From: a virus
Taxonomy: Duplodnaviria; Caudoviricetes
IMG/VR virus record: IMGVR_UViG_3300017766_001320
Coordinates: 1 to 35,555 of that record
DNA: 35,555 bases
Direction: 5' to 3' (one strand)
In this document: piece after piece, positions 9,368-15,486 of the stretch
How the letters are laid out: the number at the start of each line of letters is the position of its first letter
Numbering within the stretch: position 1 is the first letter of the stretch
Program-made: the position numbers and the translations under genes
The notes under the pieces: model-generated
Databases searched by the model: none
What the model saw: only the letters and a program-made list of their open reading frames with translations
What the model was told of the DNA's origin: nothing

Positions 9368-9955
9368 ATGATTATATGTAAATATTGTAAAAACGAAAAT
9401 GTCTCTTCGGCACACATTCGTTGGTGTGTGGAAAATCCGAAAAGAGAAATCAATAGACAAAAAATGTTGGACACAAAACGATCAAATGTCCAAGTTCCTT
9501 GGAATAAAGGAATCAAATGGGAAAAAAAGAATAAGTTTTCAAAAGGAATGACAGGTAAAAATCATTCTAACGAAACTAAAAAAATATTGAAACAAAAGGC
9601 ATTATCTTCAGACCATAGAAGATTGAAACGTAAAGATATAGAATATAATGGCATTCTGTTAGATTCTACATGGGAATTATATCTAGCCCAACGACTTGAT
9701 GAACAAAACATAAAATGGATTAGACCTAATCCTATAAAATGGATAGATAAAGGCGGAAATATACACAACTACTTTCCTGACTTCTATTTACCTGAATATG
9801 ATCTATATTTGGATCCTAAAAATCCAATAGCATATAAAGTTCAAAGTGAAAAGATAGAATGTCTAAAAGAACAGTTGACAAATCTACACATTCTATGTAG
9901 TATAGAAGAAATAGAAAACTTTACCCCCGTAATGGCCGCGTCTTCTAAACGATAG
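9368..9955 (+). CDS. putative homing endonuclease (Zn finger, NUMOD3-like, PD-(D/E)XK)
   Basis: CKYC..H..WC, GKNHSNETKKIL, DSTWE...YFPDFYL...LDPK. Confidence 0.8.
   Translation: MIICKYCKNENVSSAHIRWCVENPKREINRQKMLDTKRSNVQVPWNKGIKWEKKNKFSKGMTGKNHSNETKKILKQKALSSDHRRLKRKDIEYNGILLDSTWELYLAQRLDEQNIKWIRPNPIKWIDKGGNIHNYFPDFYLPEYDLYLDPKNPIAYKVQSEKIECLKEQLTNLHILCSIEEIENFTPVMAASSKR
9875..9903 (+). promoter_or_regulatory. sigma70 promoter embedded in endonuclease ORF
   Basis: TTGACA-N17-TAGTAT, 20 nt before the tRNA-Arg-like gene. Confidence 0.65.
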
Positions 9956-10001
9956 GTGCATAACTGGAATAATGCAGGTTCAAGTCCTGTCGGGGGTGCC
10001 A
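9923..10001 (+). tRNA. atypical tRNA-Arg(UCU), D-armless with enlarged variable region
   Basis: Acceptor ACCCCCG/CGGGGGT-GCCA, loop CT-TCT-AA, T arm GCAGG-TTCAAGT-CCTGT. Confidence 0.7.
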
Positions 10002-10028
10002 GTTTAGATAGGTTAAACTTTGGAGAAT

Positions 10029-10208
10029 ATGATGACGAATAAGATCATGAATAAGATTGATGCATGGAAGAGCGGTAAAAATCCGTGGGTAACTTTTGAG
10101 ACAGGGCAGAAGAACATGCCCTATAAGCGTCAAAAGGCTAATGAAGTGTGGGGTGATCCTCGCGCACATTGGGCTGATCCAAAGGGTAAGAAAGAAAAGA
10201 CAGAATAA
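10029..10208 (+). CDS. small basic hypothetical protein
   Basis: GGAG SD; AWKSGKNPWVT motif. Confidence 0.7.
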   Translation: MMTNKIMNKIDAWKSGKNPWVTFETGQKNMPYKRQKANEVWGDPRAHWADPKGKKEKTE

Positions 10209-10216
10209 CAAATAAT

Positions 10217-10292
10217 GCCTGCGTAGCCCAGCGGCAGAGGCAGGGGACTTAAAATCCCCAAAGCGTCAGTTCGAATCTGACCGCAGGTACCA
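10217..10292 (+). tRNA. tRNA-Leu(UAA), short variable loop
   Basis: GGGGA-CTTAAAA-TCCCC; encoded CCA. Confidence 0.92.
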
Positions 10293-10296
10293 TATT

Positions 10297-10371
10297 GCGC
10301 GAGTAGCTTAATGGTGAAGCCGGCCGCTCATAACGGTCTTAGTGGGAGTTCGATTCTCTCCTCGCGCACCA
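10297..10371 (+). tRNA. tRNA-CAU, probably Ile2 (lysidine type)
   Basis: GGCCG-CTCATAA-CGGTC; CCA. Confidence 0.85.
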
Positions 10372-10451
10372 GAGGCAAAAAATGTTGAAGTCCAATTCAA
10401 CACTCAACGGATGTAGGTGACGATGGGGGATATCGGAACCTTCACTATTTT

Positions 10452-10542
10452 GGGAGTGGCTGTTGGTACAGGGGAAAGTCTTATAAACTTTTAGCGGCAG
10501 ATTACCGTTTTCCACAGTGTTCAAATCACTGCACTCCTACCA
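10452..10542 (+). tRNA. atypical tRNA with UAU anticodon and long variable arm
   Basis: GGGAGTG/CACTCCT-ACCA; AAAGT-CTTATAA-ACTTT; T arm CAGTG-TTCAAAT-CACTG. Confidence 0.75.
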
Positions 10543-10564
10543 ACACTGCGACAATATAGCACAC

Positions 10565-10593
10565 TTGACGTTCCAGTATAATTGTGTTATATT
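10565..10593 (+). promoter_or_regulatory. sigma70-like promoter
   Basis: TTGACG-N17-TATATT, preceded by a TGCGACA half-site. Confidence 0.6.
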
Positions 10594-10619
10594 GTATAAA
10601 GAATAAGACGAGGTAACAA

Positions 10620-10820
10620 ATGCTAGAAGTGGCAGAATATGTCTTTGTTGTAACTGAAGAGGTGGGCAATCGCGTCAAGTTCAAGGGAACATTTGATTCT
10701 TATGCTGAAGCCCTCACTGAATACTCAAAGCGTATCAAGAATGCGCCAACTGAAAATGTAATTTCTCTGCAAAAAGTAGAAAAATATTTTCAGTCTCTTG
10801 ACAATCCTGCAAAAAGGTGA
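10620..10820 (+). CDS. hypothetical protein
   Basis: GAGGT SD; 66 aa. Confidence 0.7.
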   Translation: MLEVAEYVFVVTEEVGNRVKFKGTFDSYAEALTEYSKRIKNAPTENVISLQKVEKYFQSLDNPAKR

Positions 10821-10828
10821 TATAAATA
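10798..10828 (+). promoter_or_regulatory. overlapping sigma70 and T4 late promoter
   Basis: TTGACA-N17-TATAAA; the -10 is also TATAAATA. Confidence 0.75.
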
Positions 10829-10833
10829 TAAAC

Positions 10834-10926
10834 ATGAATACAAAACATTACTTCCAAAATATGAATACGAAATCTGAACGACCATGCTATGGTATTGGTA
10901 GTTCATGGGTTCTTGTGAGAATGTAG
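10834..10926 (+). CDS. putative attenuator leader peptide MNTKHYFQNMNTKSERPCYGIGSSWVLVRM
   Basis: ATG at predicted +1 (leaderless); 18 different amino acids in 30 codons; 3' end overlaps antiterminator strand. Confidence 0.65.
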   Translation: MNTKHYFQNMNTKSERPCYGIGSSWVLVRM

Positions 10927-10956
10927 ATACTCTTAGGTCTACATACTAAGTTCAAG

Positions 10957-10985
10957 AACCCTAGATGAAAGTCTAGGGTTTTTTT
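10957..10985 (+). terminator. intrinsic terminator (attenuator)
   Basis: AACCCTAGAT-GAAA-GTCTAGGGTT followed by T run. Confidence 0.9.
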
Positions 10986-10990
10986 ATATC

Positions 10991-11003
10991 CGCTGTTTGA
11001 CAA
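10991..11003 (+). promoter_or_regulatory. boxA-like antitermination element
   Basis: CGCTGTTTGACAA vs rrn/lambda boxA (T/C)GCTCTTTAACA. Confidence 0.5.
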
Positions 11004-11010
11004 TTAAATG

Positions 11011-11203
11011 CAACTTTTTCCGGCTTTAGAGAAACCGGACGCATTGCACCGCGATAGCAATGGCGAGAAGACTTGTGCAAAAGTCTCTCGCACCTTATCT
11101 TGGGCACACTGTTAACAAATCAGTCTGGGAAGACTTACGAGGCTATACTAGTTAAATTTAGCCCGTTCGTAGAAAAATCTACAGTGTGCCTTAGATAGAG
11201 TTG
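11011..11203 (+). ncRNA. candidate multi-stem ncRNA
   Basis: TCCGG/CCGGA, CATTGC/GCAATG, GCGAGA-AGACTT/AAGTCT-CTCGC, GGCACACTGT/ACAGTGTGCC stems; no credible ORF. Confidence 0.55.
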
Positions 11204-11229
11204 ACAAACAAACAATCCTGATGTAGAAT
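11201..11229 (+). promoter_or_regulatory. sigma70 promoter before tRNA-Tyr
   Basis: TTGACA-N17-TAGAAT. Confidence 0.65.
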
Positions 11230-11255
11230 ACAAAATGTAAAGTGAATTAAAGTTT

Positions 11256-11347
11256 GGGGAGTGCAAGTAAGGACTGGCTGGTGCCGTCGGGACGCTGTAA
11301 ACGTCTTCCTTATAGGCAAGAGGTTCGATTCCGTCCATTCCCCACCA
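11256..11347 (+). tRNA. atypical tRNA-Tyr(GUA)
   Basis: GGACG-CTGTAAA-CGTCT; 8-bp acceptor GGGGAGTG/CATTCCCC; bulged T stem; CCA. Confidence 0.8.
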
Positions 11348-11354
11348 AAAATAT

Positions 11355-11431
11355 TCCCAAGGAGCCTGATTGGTACAGGCACGTGACTGTTAATCACGCC
11401 GCTATAGGTTCGAGTCCTATCTTGGGAGCCA
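11355..11431 (+). tRNA. tRNA-Asn(GUU)
   Basis: CGTGA-CTGTTAA-TCACG; U1-A72; GCCA. Confidence 0.93.
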
Positions 11432-11501
11432 AATTTGATGTGTATAGCCAAAGACGAAGGTCGAAGGATATAGTCTGTGTTAAGTCGTAAGCCACGTAAA
11501 G

Positions 11502-11584
11502 GGACTGGTTACCGTAGTGGCGAACGGCGCAGACTTTTAATCTGCTATACAACATCGTGGGTTCGAGTCCCACCCAGTCCTCCA
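11502..11584 (+). tRNA. tRNA-Lys(UUU), 11-nt variable region, U73
   Basis: GCAGA-CTTTTAA-TCTGC; GGACTGG/CCAGTCC-TCCA. Confidence 0.88.
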
Positions 11585-11590
11585 ATATGC

Positions 11591-11665
11591 GCAAGTGAGT
11601 CCGAGAAGCGAGGGCCAGAGCTGATAACTCTGTGGTAGAAGGAGCGTTACCTTCCGCTTGCACCA
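11591..11665 (+). tRNA. tRNA-Ile(GAU), non-canonical T loop
   Basis: CAGAG-CTGATAA-CTCTG; T loop AGCGTTA; ACCA. Confidence 0.82.
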
Positions 11666-11671
11666 ATTATT

Positions 11672-11781
11672 CAAAAGGGGAGAAGGCGGAATAGGCGCGC
11701 TTCGTTCCAAATCCGCAAATAGGAACAAAGCATTTTGCGGATGCTTAAGTTGAGGTTCAAGTCCTCACTTCTCCTCTTTTG
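11672..11781 (+). ncRNA. tRNA-like RNA with pseudoknot in place of anticodon arm, no CCA
   Basis: 14-bp terminal stem, T arm TGAGG-TTCAAGT-CCTCA, ATCCGCAAA/TTTGCGGAT crossing GTTCC/GGAAC. Confidence 0.65.
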
Positions 11782-11911
11782 TATAAATGGCAATCACGAG
11801 GCTCGGTGGTCCAGAAGCGGTCTCCCATATATGTAATGTATATGATGGATAGAACTTACTAGAATGCGTAATGTCGGTACTATGAAACGTCCGATGCACC
11901 GATAACAATAT

Positions 11912-11989
11912 GCGGTAGTCTTCTAATTGGACTAGGAAAACAGACTTTCAATCTGTGCAATGAGGGTTCGAGTCCCTTCTACCGCACCA
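11912..11989 (+). tRNA. tRNA-Glu(UUC)
   Basis: ACAGA-CTTTCAA-TCTGT; CCA. Confidence 0.92.
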
Positions 11990-12220
11990 TTTTATCCTGC
12001 TTTCTAGATACGCAGGAGAGACCTGGGCCAGAGTAACATGAGGAGAACGCTGGTTAATATCGGATTGCTTACCTCTTCAGATCAATGGGCTGAACCGATA
12101 AGGTGTATGGAATACAGTTGCTGGAGTGCTATAGAAACGGTGTCCATGGTCTGTTTCTTGTGTGTACCAGTAGTGGGGCTGCGATAAACTAGCCACTATA
12201 AAAGACGCGGATGAATAAAC

Positions 12221-12295
12221 GGACCCCTAGCTCAGAGGAAGAGCAACCGCCTCTTAAGCGGTAGGTCGAGATATCGTAATTCTCGGGGTCTACCA
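12221..12295 (+). tRNA. tRNA-Lys(CUU)
   Basis: ACCGC-CTCTTAA-GCGGT; T loop ATCGTAA; CCA. Confidence 0.88.
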
Positions 12296-12349
12296 AAGTT
12301 TTTTTTCAAAAAAGGTAATCTATTTTGAAAAAATAGAAGTCAAAAGCCT

Positions 12350-12484
12350 ATGTCCGAAGAAACAAAAGAAAAGATACGAGAGAAAAGAAAAACTCAAATT
12401 CCACCTAATCTAGGAAGAAAGATGAGTGAAGAAACGAAAGAAAAAATTAGACAGTCTATTATCAATAAAAATATGCCTGTGTAG
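12350..12484 (+). pseudogene. NUMOD3-repeat remnant of a homing endonuclease
   Basis: MSEETKEKIR occurs twice; no nuclease domain; stop lies inside tRNA-Met. Confidence 0.75.
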
Positions 12485-12549
12485 TTCATTGATAGAACCT
12501 GCGTCTCATAAGCGCAAGGTAGGTGGTTTGATTCCATCCGCAGGCACCA
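12475..12549 (+). tRNA. tRNA-Met(CAU), probably elongator
   Basis: TGCGT-CTCATAA-GCGCA; GCCTGTG/CGCAGGC-ACCA. Confidence 0.85.
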
Positions 12550-12569
12550 AACACACAAAGAGAAAGACA

Positions 12570-13079
12570 ATGAAAAATATTTGGATTATATCCGACACAC
12601 ACTTTAATCATGAAAACATTATCAAGTATTGCAATCGTCCATTTGCAAATGCTAAAGAAATGAACGAAGCACTAGTTGAAAACTGGAATAGTGTTGTCAA
12701 GGATGATGATATCATTTATCATCTTGGAGACGTTTATTTTGGTAGAGATAGTTCATGGTCGTCAAAATTAAATGGTCGTAAGCGGCTGATTATAGGAAAT
12801 CATGATAATGTTAAGAATGTTGTTTTGACAAAAATGTTTGAAAAGATCATGATTTGGCGTGCGTTCCCAGAATTTGGTTTGTTTCTAAGTCATATGGCAG
12901 TTCATCCGTCTGCTTTTGAGTTAAAAGCATGTCGTAATCTTCATGGGCACACTCACGATGTTGATGTTTCAGATGAAAAAATTACTCTTGACAACGAGAC
13001 ATTTTCCAAGTATTATAATGTATGCGTTGAGAAAACTGGCTACAAGCCAATCAACATTGAGGAATTAAGAATTAAGTAA
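12570..13079 (+). CDS. calcineurin-like metallophosphoesterase
   Basis: SDTH, GDVY, GNHD, SH, HGHTH motifs; start moved to 12570. Confidence 0.93.
   Translation: MKNIWIISDTHFNHENIIKYCNRPFANAKEMNEALVENWNSVVKDDDIIYHLGDVYFGRDSSWSSKLNGRKRLIIGNHDNVKNVVLTKMFEKIMIWRAFPEFGLFLSHMAVHPSAFELKACRNLHGHTHDVDVSDEKITLDNETFSKYYNVCVEKTGYKPINIEELRIK
12988..13016 (+). promoter_or_regulatory. sigma70 promoter embedded in phosphoesterase 3' end
   Basis: TTGACA-N17-TATTAT. Confidence 0.55.
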
Positions 13080-13083
13080 CAAT

Positions 13084-13160
13084 CCGTGTGTAGCGCAGCC
13101 TGGTAGCGCATCTGCTTTGGGAGCAGAGGGTCGGGAGTTCGATTCTCTCCACACGGACCA
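13084..13160 (+). tRNA. tRNA-Pro(UGG)
   Basis: TCTGC-TTTGGGA-GCAGA; CCA. Confidence 0.95.
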
Positions 13161-13166
13161 AAATAT

Positions 13167-13242
13167 GCTTCTCTGGCGTAACTGGTGTGCGCGCTCCGCT
13201 GAAGACGGAGAGGATGCAGTTCGATTCTGTGGGGAAGCACCA
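13167..13242 (+). tRNA. tRNA-Phe(GAA)
   Basis: CTCCG-CTGAAGA-CGGAG; CCA. Confidence 0.9.
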
Positions 13243-13243
13243 T

Positions 13244-13319
13244 TGGCGCATAGCTCAATCGGTAGAGCGACGGTCTTTGAAACCGTAGGTTGAAGGTTCA
13301 AGCCCTTCTGCGCCAGCCA
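13244..13319 (+). tRNA. tRNA-Gln(UUG)
   Basis: ACGGT-CTTTGAA-ACCGT; U1-A72; GCCA. Confidence 0.93.
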
Positions 13320-13323
13320 ATTT

Positions 13324-13406
13324 GCGTCAGTATCGGCCTCCGCTACGAACGGAGAGTAACGTAACTGGAAAGGAAGATGTGGGTTCGAGTCCTACCTGAC
13401 GCTCCA
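13324..13406 (+). tRNA. atypical tRNA-Arg(ACG), D-armless with enlarged variable region
   Basis: GCGTCAG/CTGACGC-TCCA; CTCCG-CTACGAA-CGGAG; T arm GTGGG-TTCGAGT-CCTAC. Confidence 0.78.
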
Positions 13407-13532
13407 TAGCCTAGGATGATCATAGGTACTTATCGTCTCATATAGTGGCCACTGTTAAGACACTAAGTCACAATTCTATGTCATTTGCGCCCAATATCTG
13501 TGCGGGCGACTCAACTATATAATATACAGTTT

Positions 13533-13606
13533 GCGGGTATCGTATAAAGGTATTACGGCGCGTTGCCAACGCTCAGAAGTCGGATCGTTCCCGACTACCC
13601 GCTCCA
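13533..13606 (+). tRNA. tRNA-Gly(GCC)
   Basis: GCG-TTGCCAA-CGC; GCGGGTA/TACCCGC-TCCA. Confidence 0.9.
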
Positions 13607-13612
13607 TTCAAT

Positions 13613-13687
13613 GCGATCATAGTGCTAGAGGTAACACATCTGGCTTCCAACCAGAAATCGTCGGTTCGATTCCGACTGGTCGCTCCA
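13613..13687 (+). tRNA. tRNA-Gly(UCC)
   Basis: TCTGG-CTTCCAA-CCAGA; TCCA. Confidence 0.94.
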
Positions 13688-13731
13688 TAAAACAAAGGCG
13701 GGATGAGTAATCTGTAAGACCTATGAATCAT

Positions 13732-13805
13732 TGCGGGCGGGGGGTCAGTATCCTCTTGGGCTCATAACTCAAGGAACGTCGTGCAACTCGGCGGCAACGC
13801 AACCA
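13732..13805 (+). tRNA. initiator-like tRNA-Met(CAU), irregular acceptor stem
   Basis: TTGGG-CTCATAA-CTCAA; TGCG.../...CGCA-ACCA; T loop TGCAACT. Confidence 0.7.
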
Positions 13806-13817
13806 AATTCAAATAAT

Positions 13818-13892
13818 GCACCTATACGCATCTGGTGAGGCGACCCGTCTGTCTAACGGGTGAGGAGGGCTCGATTCCCTTTAGGTGCGCCA
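13818..13892 (+). tRNA. tRNA-Asp(GUC)
   Basis: CCCGT-CTGTCTA-ACGGG; GCCA. Confidence 0.9.
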
Positions 13893-13896
13893 TCAT

Positions 13897-13972
13897 TGGG
13901 GATTAGTTCAGTTGGTAGAACGCAGGATTCTGATTCCTGATGTCCGAGGTTCAAGTCCTTGATCCCCAGCCA
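13897..13972 (+). tRNA. tRNA-Gln(CUG)
   Basis: CAGGA-TTCTGAT-TCCTG; GCCA. Confidence 0.94.
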
Positions 13973-13987
13973 ATCTAAGGATATATC

Positions 13988-14140
13988 ATGGCTCATAAAG
14001 CAAGACGTAGGCCATCTTGGAAAAAACGTAAGTCTAAGTATCTTGATAAAAAGAAGAAGGATTTATTTGATCTTCTTGCTTTGGAAATTCGTAGAGAAAT
14101 TGACAAAGAGATTATAAGAACTTTATTTGCTGTTAAATAA
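13988..14140 (+). CDS. 50-aa basic protein with gp23-like C-terminal helix
   Basis: AAGGA SD; MAHKARRRPSWKKRK...LLALEIRREIDKEIIRTL; not in ORF track. Confidence 0.7.
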   Translation: MAHKARRRPSWKKRKSKYLDKKKKDLFDLLALEIRREIDKEIIRTLFAVK

Positions 14141-14144
14141 TAAC

Positions 14145-14222
14145 GGGGAAGTGCGCCGGAATTGGTTACGGCAGGGTCTGCAAAACCTACGAATGCGAGT
14201 TCGAGTCTCGTCTTCCCCTCCA
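14145..14222 (+). tRNA. tRNA-Cys(GCA)
   Basis: GGGT-CTGCAAA-ACCT; U73-CCA. Confidence 0.92.
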
Positions 14223-14240
14223 TAACAAAAAGGAAAGAAA

Positions 14241-14462
14241 ATGCTAAGAACAATTTATAAATCTTTGATCATGATTTTGTTCTTGACTTCCTTAGCATAC
14301 GCTGCTAAAATACAAATAATAGATGAGGCAGAGTGGATTGTTCCAAACAATGTCAACAAAGTCCGCTTCATATATACAAGACCAGATGGATCAATAATCA
14401 TTGATCGTGAAATAAAAACAGTTACAGGCGAAAAGTTCGTGCTGCGAATTGTCAAGGAGTGA
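14241..14462 (+). CDS. small exported protein
   Basis: Signal-peptide-like N terminus ending AYA. Confidence 0.7.
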   Translation: MLRTIYKSLIMILFLTSLAYAAKIQIIDEAEWIVPNNVNKVRFIYTRPDGSIIIDREIKTVTGEKFVLRIVKE

Positions 14463-14467
14463 AGAGA

Positions 14468-15052
14468 ATGAAGTTTAAGGCTGCTATTGTTTCTTTGGCT
14501 ATGTTTGCTACTTCTGCATATGCGGGAGAATCATTTTTTTCATTTGATGTTCGGTCCGGACCTTTCATGGTCTATGGTGTAGCGGGCGAAACAAATCCGC
14601 GAAATAATCCTGCTTGCTATGCAGAAGTTACTTGGCGCGATGGTTCTAAATTCCAGTTAATTCGCGATCTTGATGACGGCGAACTTTATATCTTTGTAAG
14701 GAATAATACATGGAACGTCACTGACGCGCCTGGCATTTATAATGTGCGTATCAATTTTGAAAAGTATGGAAGCATTATTAATGGATTAAATTTTCAGTAT
14801 AATCTTCTCAATAAAAACACTATTGTTATTCGCAATATAAAGAAGGAAACTTTTTTACCATTATTCTCAAATGGTAATAAGATGATCTTTGTAATGCCCG
14901 GTTCAATTCAAAATGCAGAAGTATCACTTGAAGGTTCCACTCGCGCATTAACAGAGATTGCAAATTGTGTCGATAGGTCTACAGGTGTTAATCTTTGGCC
15001 TGATGGCAAGCCTAATGGTGAGAATAACAATAGGTTGTTTGACCGTATCTAA
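14468..15052 (+). CDS. exported/periplasmic hypothetical protein
   Basis: MKFKAAIVSLAMFATSAYA signal peptide; two Cys; AAGGAG SD. Confidence 0.8.
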   Translation: MKFKAAIVSLAMFATSAYAGESFFSFDVRSGPFMVYGVAGETNPRNNPACYAEVTWRDGSKFQLIRDLDDGELYIFVRNNTWNVTDAPGIYNVRINFEKYGSIINGLNFQYNLLNKNTIVIRNIKKETFLPLFSNGNKMIFVMPGSIQNAEVSLEGSTRALTEIANCVDRSTGVNLWPDGKPNGENNNRLFDRI

Positions 15053-15062
15053 ATAGAATAAT

Positions 15063-15139
15063 GCTGACATAGCTTTAATTGGTAGAGCAGTCGCCTTGTA
15101 AGCGTCAGGTTGGGAGTTCGAGTCTCTCTGTCAGCACCA
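15063..15139 (+). tRNA. tRNA-Thr(UGU)
   Basis: CGC-CTTGTAA-GCG; GCTGACA/TGTCAGC-ACCA. Confidence 0.93.
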
Positions 15140-15146
15140 TTATAAT

Positions 15147-15236
15147 GGAGTGCATATCTAGTCGGGGATACTAGCACCGCCTTGAAAGCGGTTGGAGCCT
15201 TCGGGCCAGGGGTTCGATTCCGCCATCACTCCGCCA
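15147..15236 (+). tRNA. atypical tRNA-Ser(UGA)
   Basis: ACCGC-CTTGAAA-GCGGT; long variable arm with cUUCGg; bulged acceptor and T stems; GCCA. Confidence 0.85.
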
Positions 15237-15256
15237 TTTTGTAAATGAGGTTAAAC

Positions 15257-15475
15257 ATGATTATAAGTACATATAGTCAAAATCGGCGCAAAGCAATTAT
15301 ACATAAAGAAGATAGTGGCTTTGTTGTTAGATTGTATGAAAACAATGTTTTAGTCGATGTTCGTGATCTATCAAATCATAGCATCCACTATGCTGAATCT
15401 CTTGCTGAAAACTTCGTAGAATATATTGGTGAATTTTATATCGGCAATGGTAATCGTCAACTGCTTACAGAGTAG
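15257..15475 (+). CDS. hypothetical phage protein
   Basis: GAGGT SD; HSIHYAESLAENFV motif. Confidence 0.75.
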   Translation: MIISTYSQNRRKAIIHKEDSGFVVRLYENNVLVDVRDLSNHSIHYAESLAENFVEYIGEFYIGNGNRQLLTE

Positions 15476-15486
15476 GATTTAAAGAA

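Noticed and set aside
9941-9951. Amber suppressor (CUA) reading of the Arg-like tRNA, or stop-codon recoding
   Set aside because: The stem pairs only with the loop CT-TCT-AA; TAG, TGA and TAA all end intact genes such as gp43 and gp41.
10372-10450. Theta (HDV-like) ribozyme in tRNA 3' trailers
   Set aside because: Hairpins exist (TGTTGAA/TTCAACA), but the nested P1-P2-P3 double pseudoknot could not be assembled by eye here or in other trailers.
11135-11728. Short ORFs on both strands over the tRNA cluster (also 13040-13301, 16501-16701)
   Set aside because: They are translations of tRNA or ncRNA sequence, without SDs.
12426-12569. N-terminal extension of the phosphoesterase in the ORF track
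   Set aside because: It runs through tRNA-Met; the fold starts at MKNIWIISDTH (12570).
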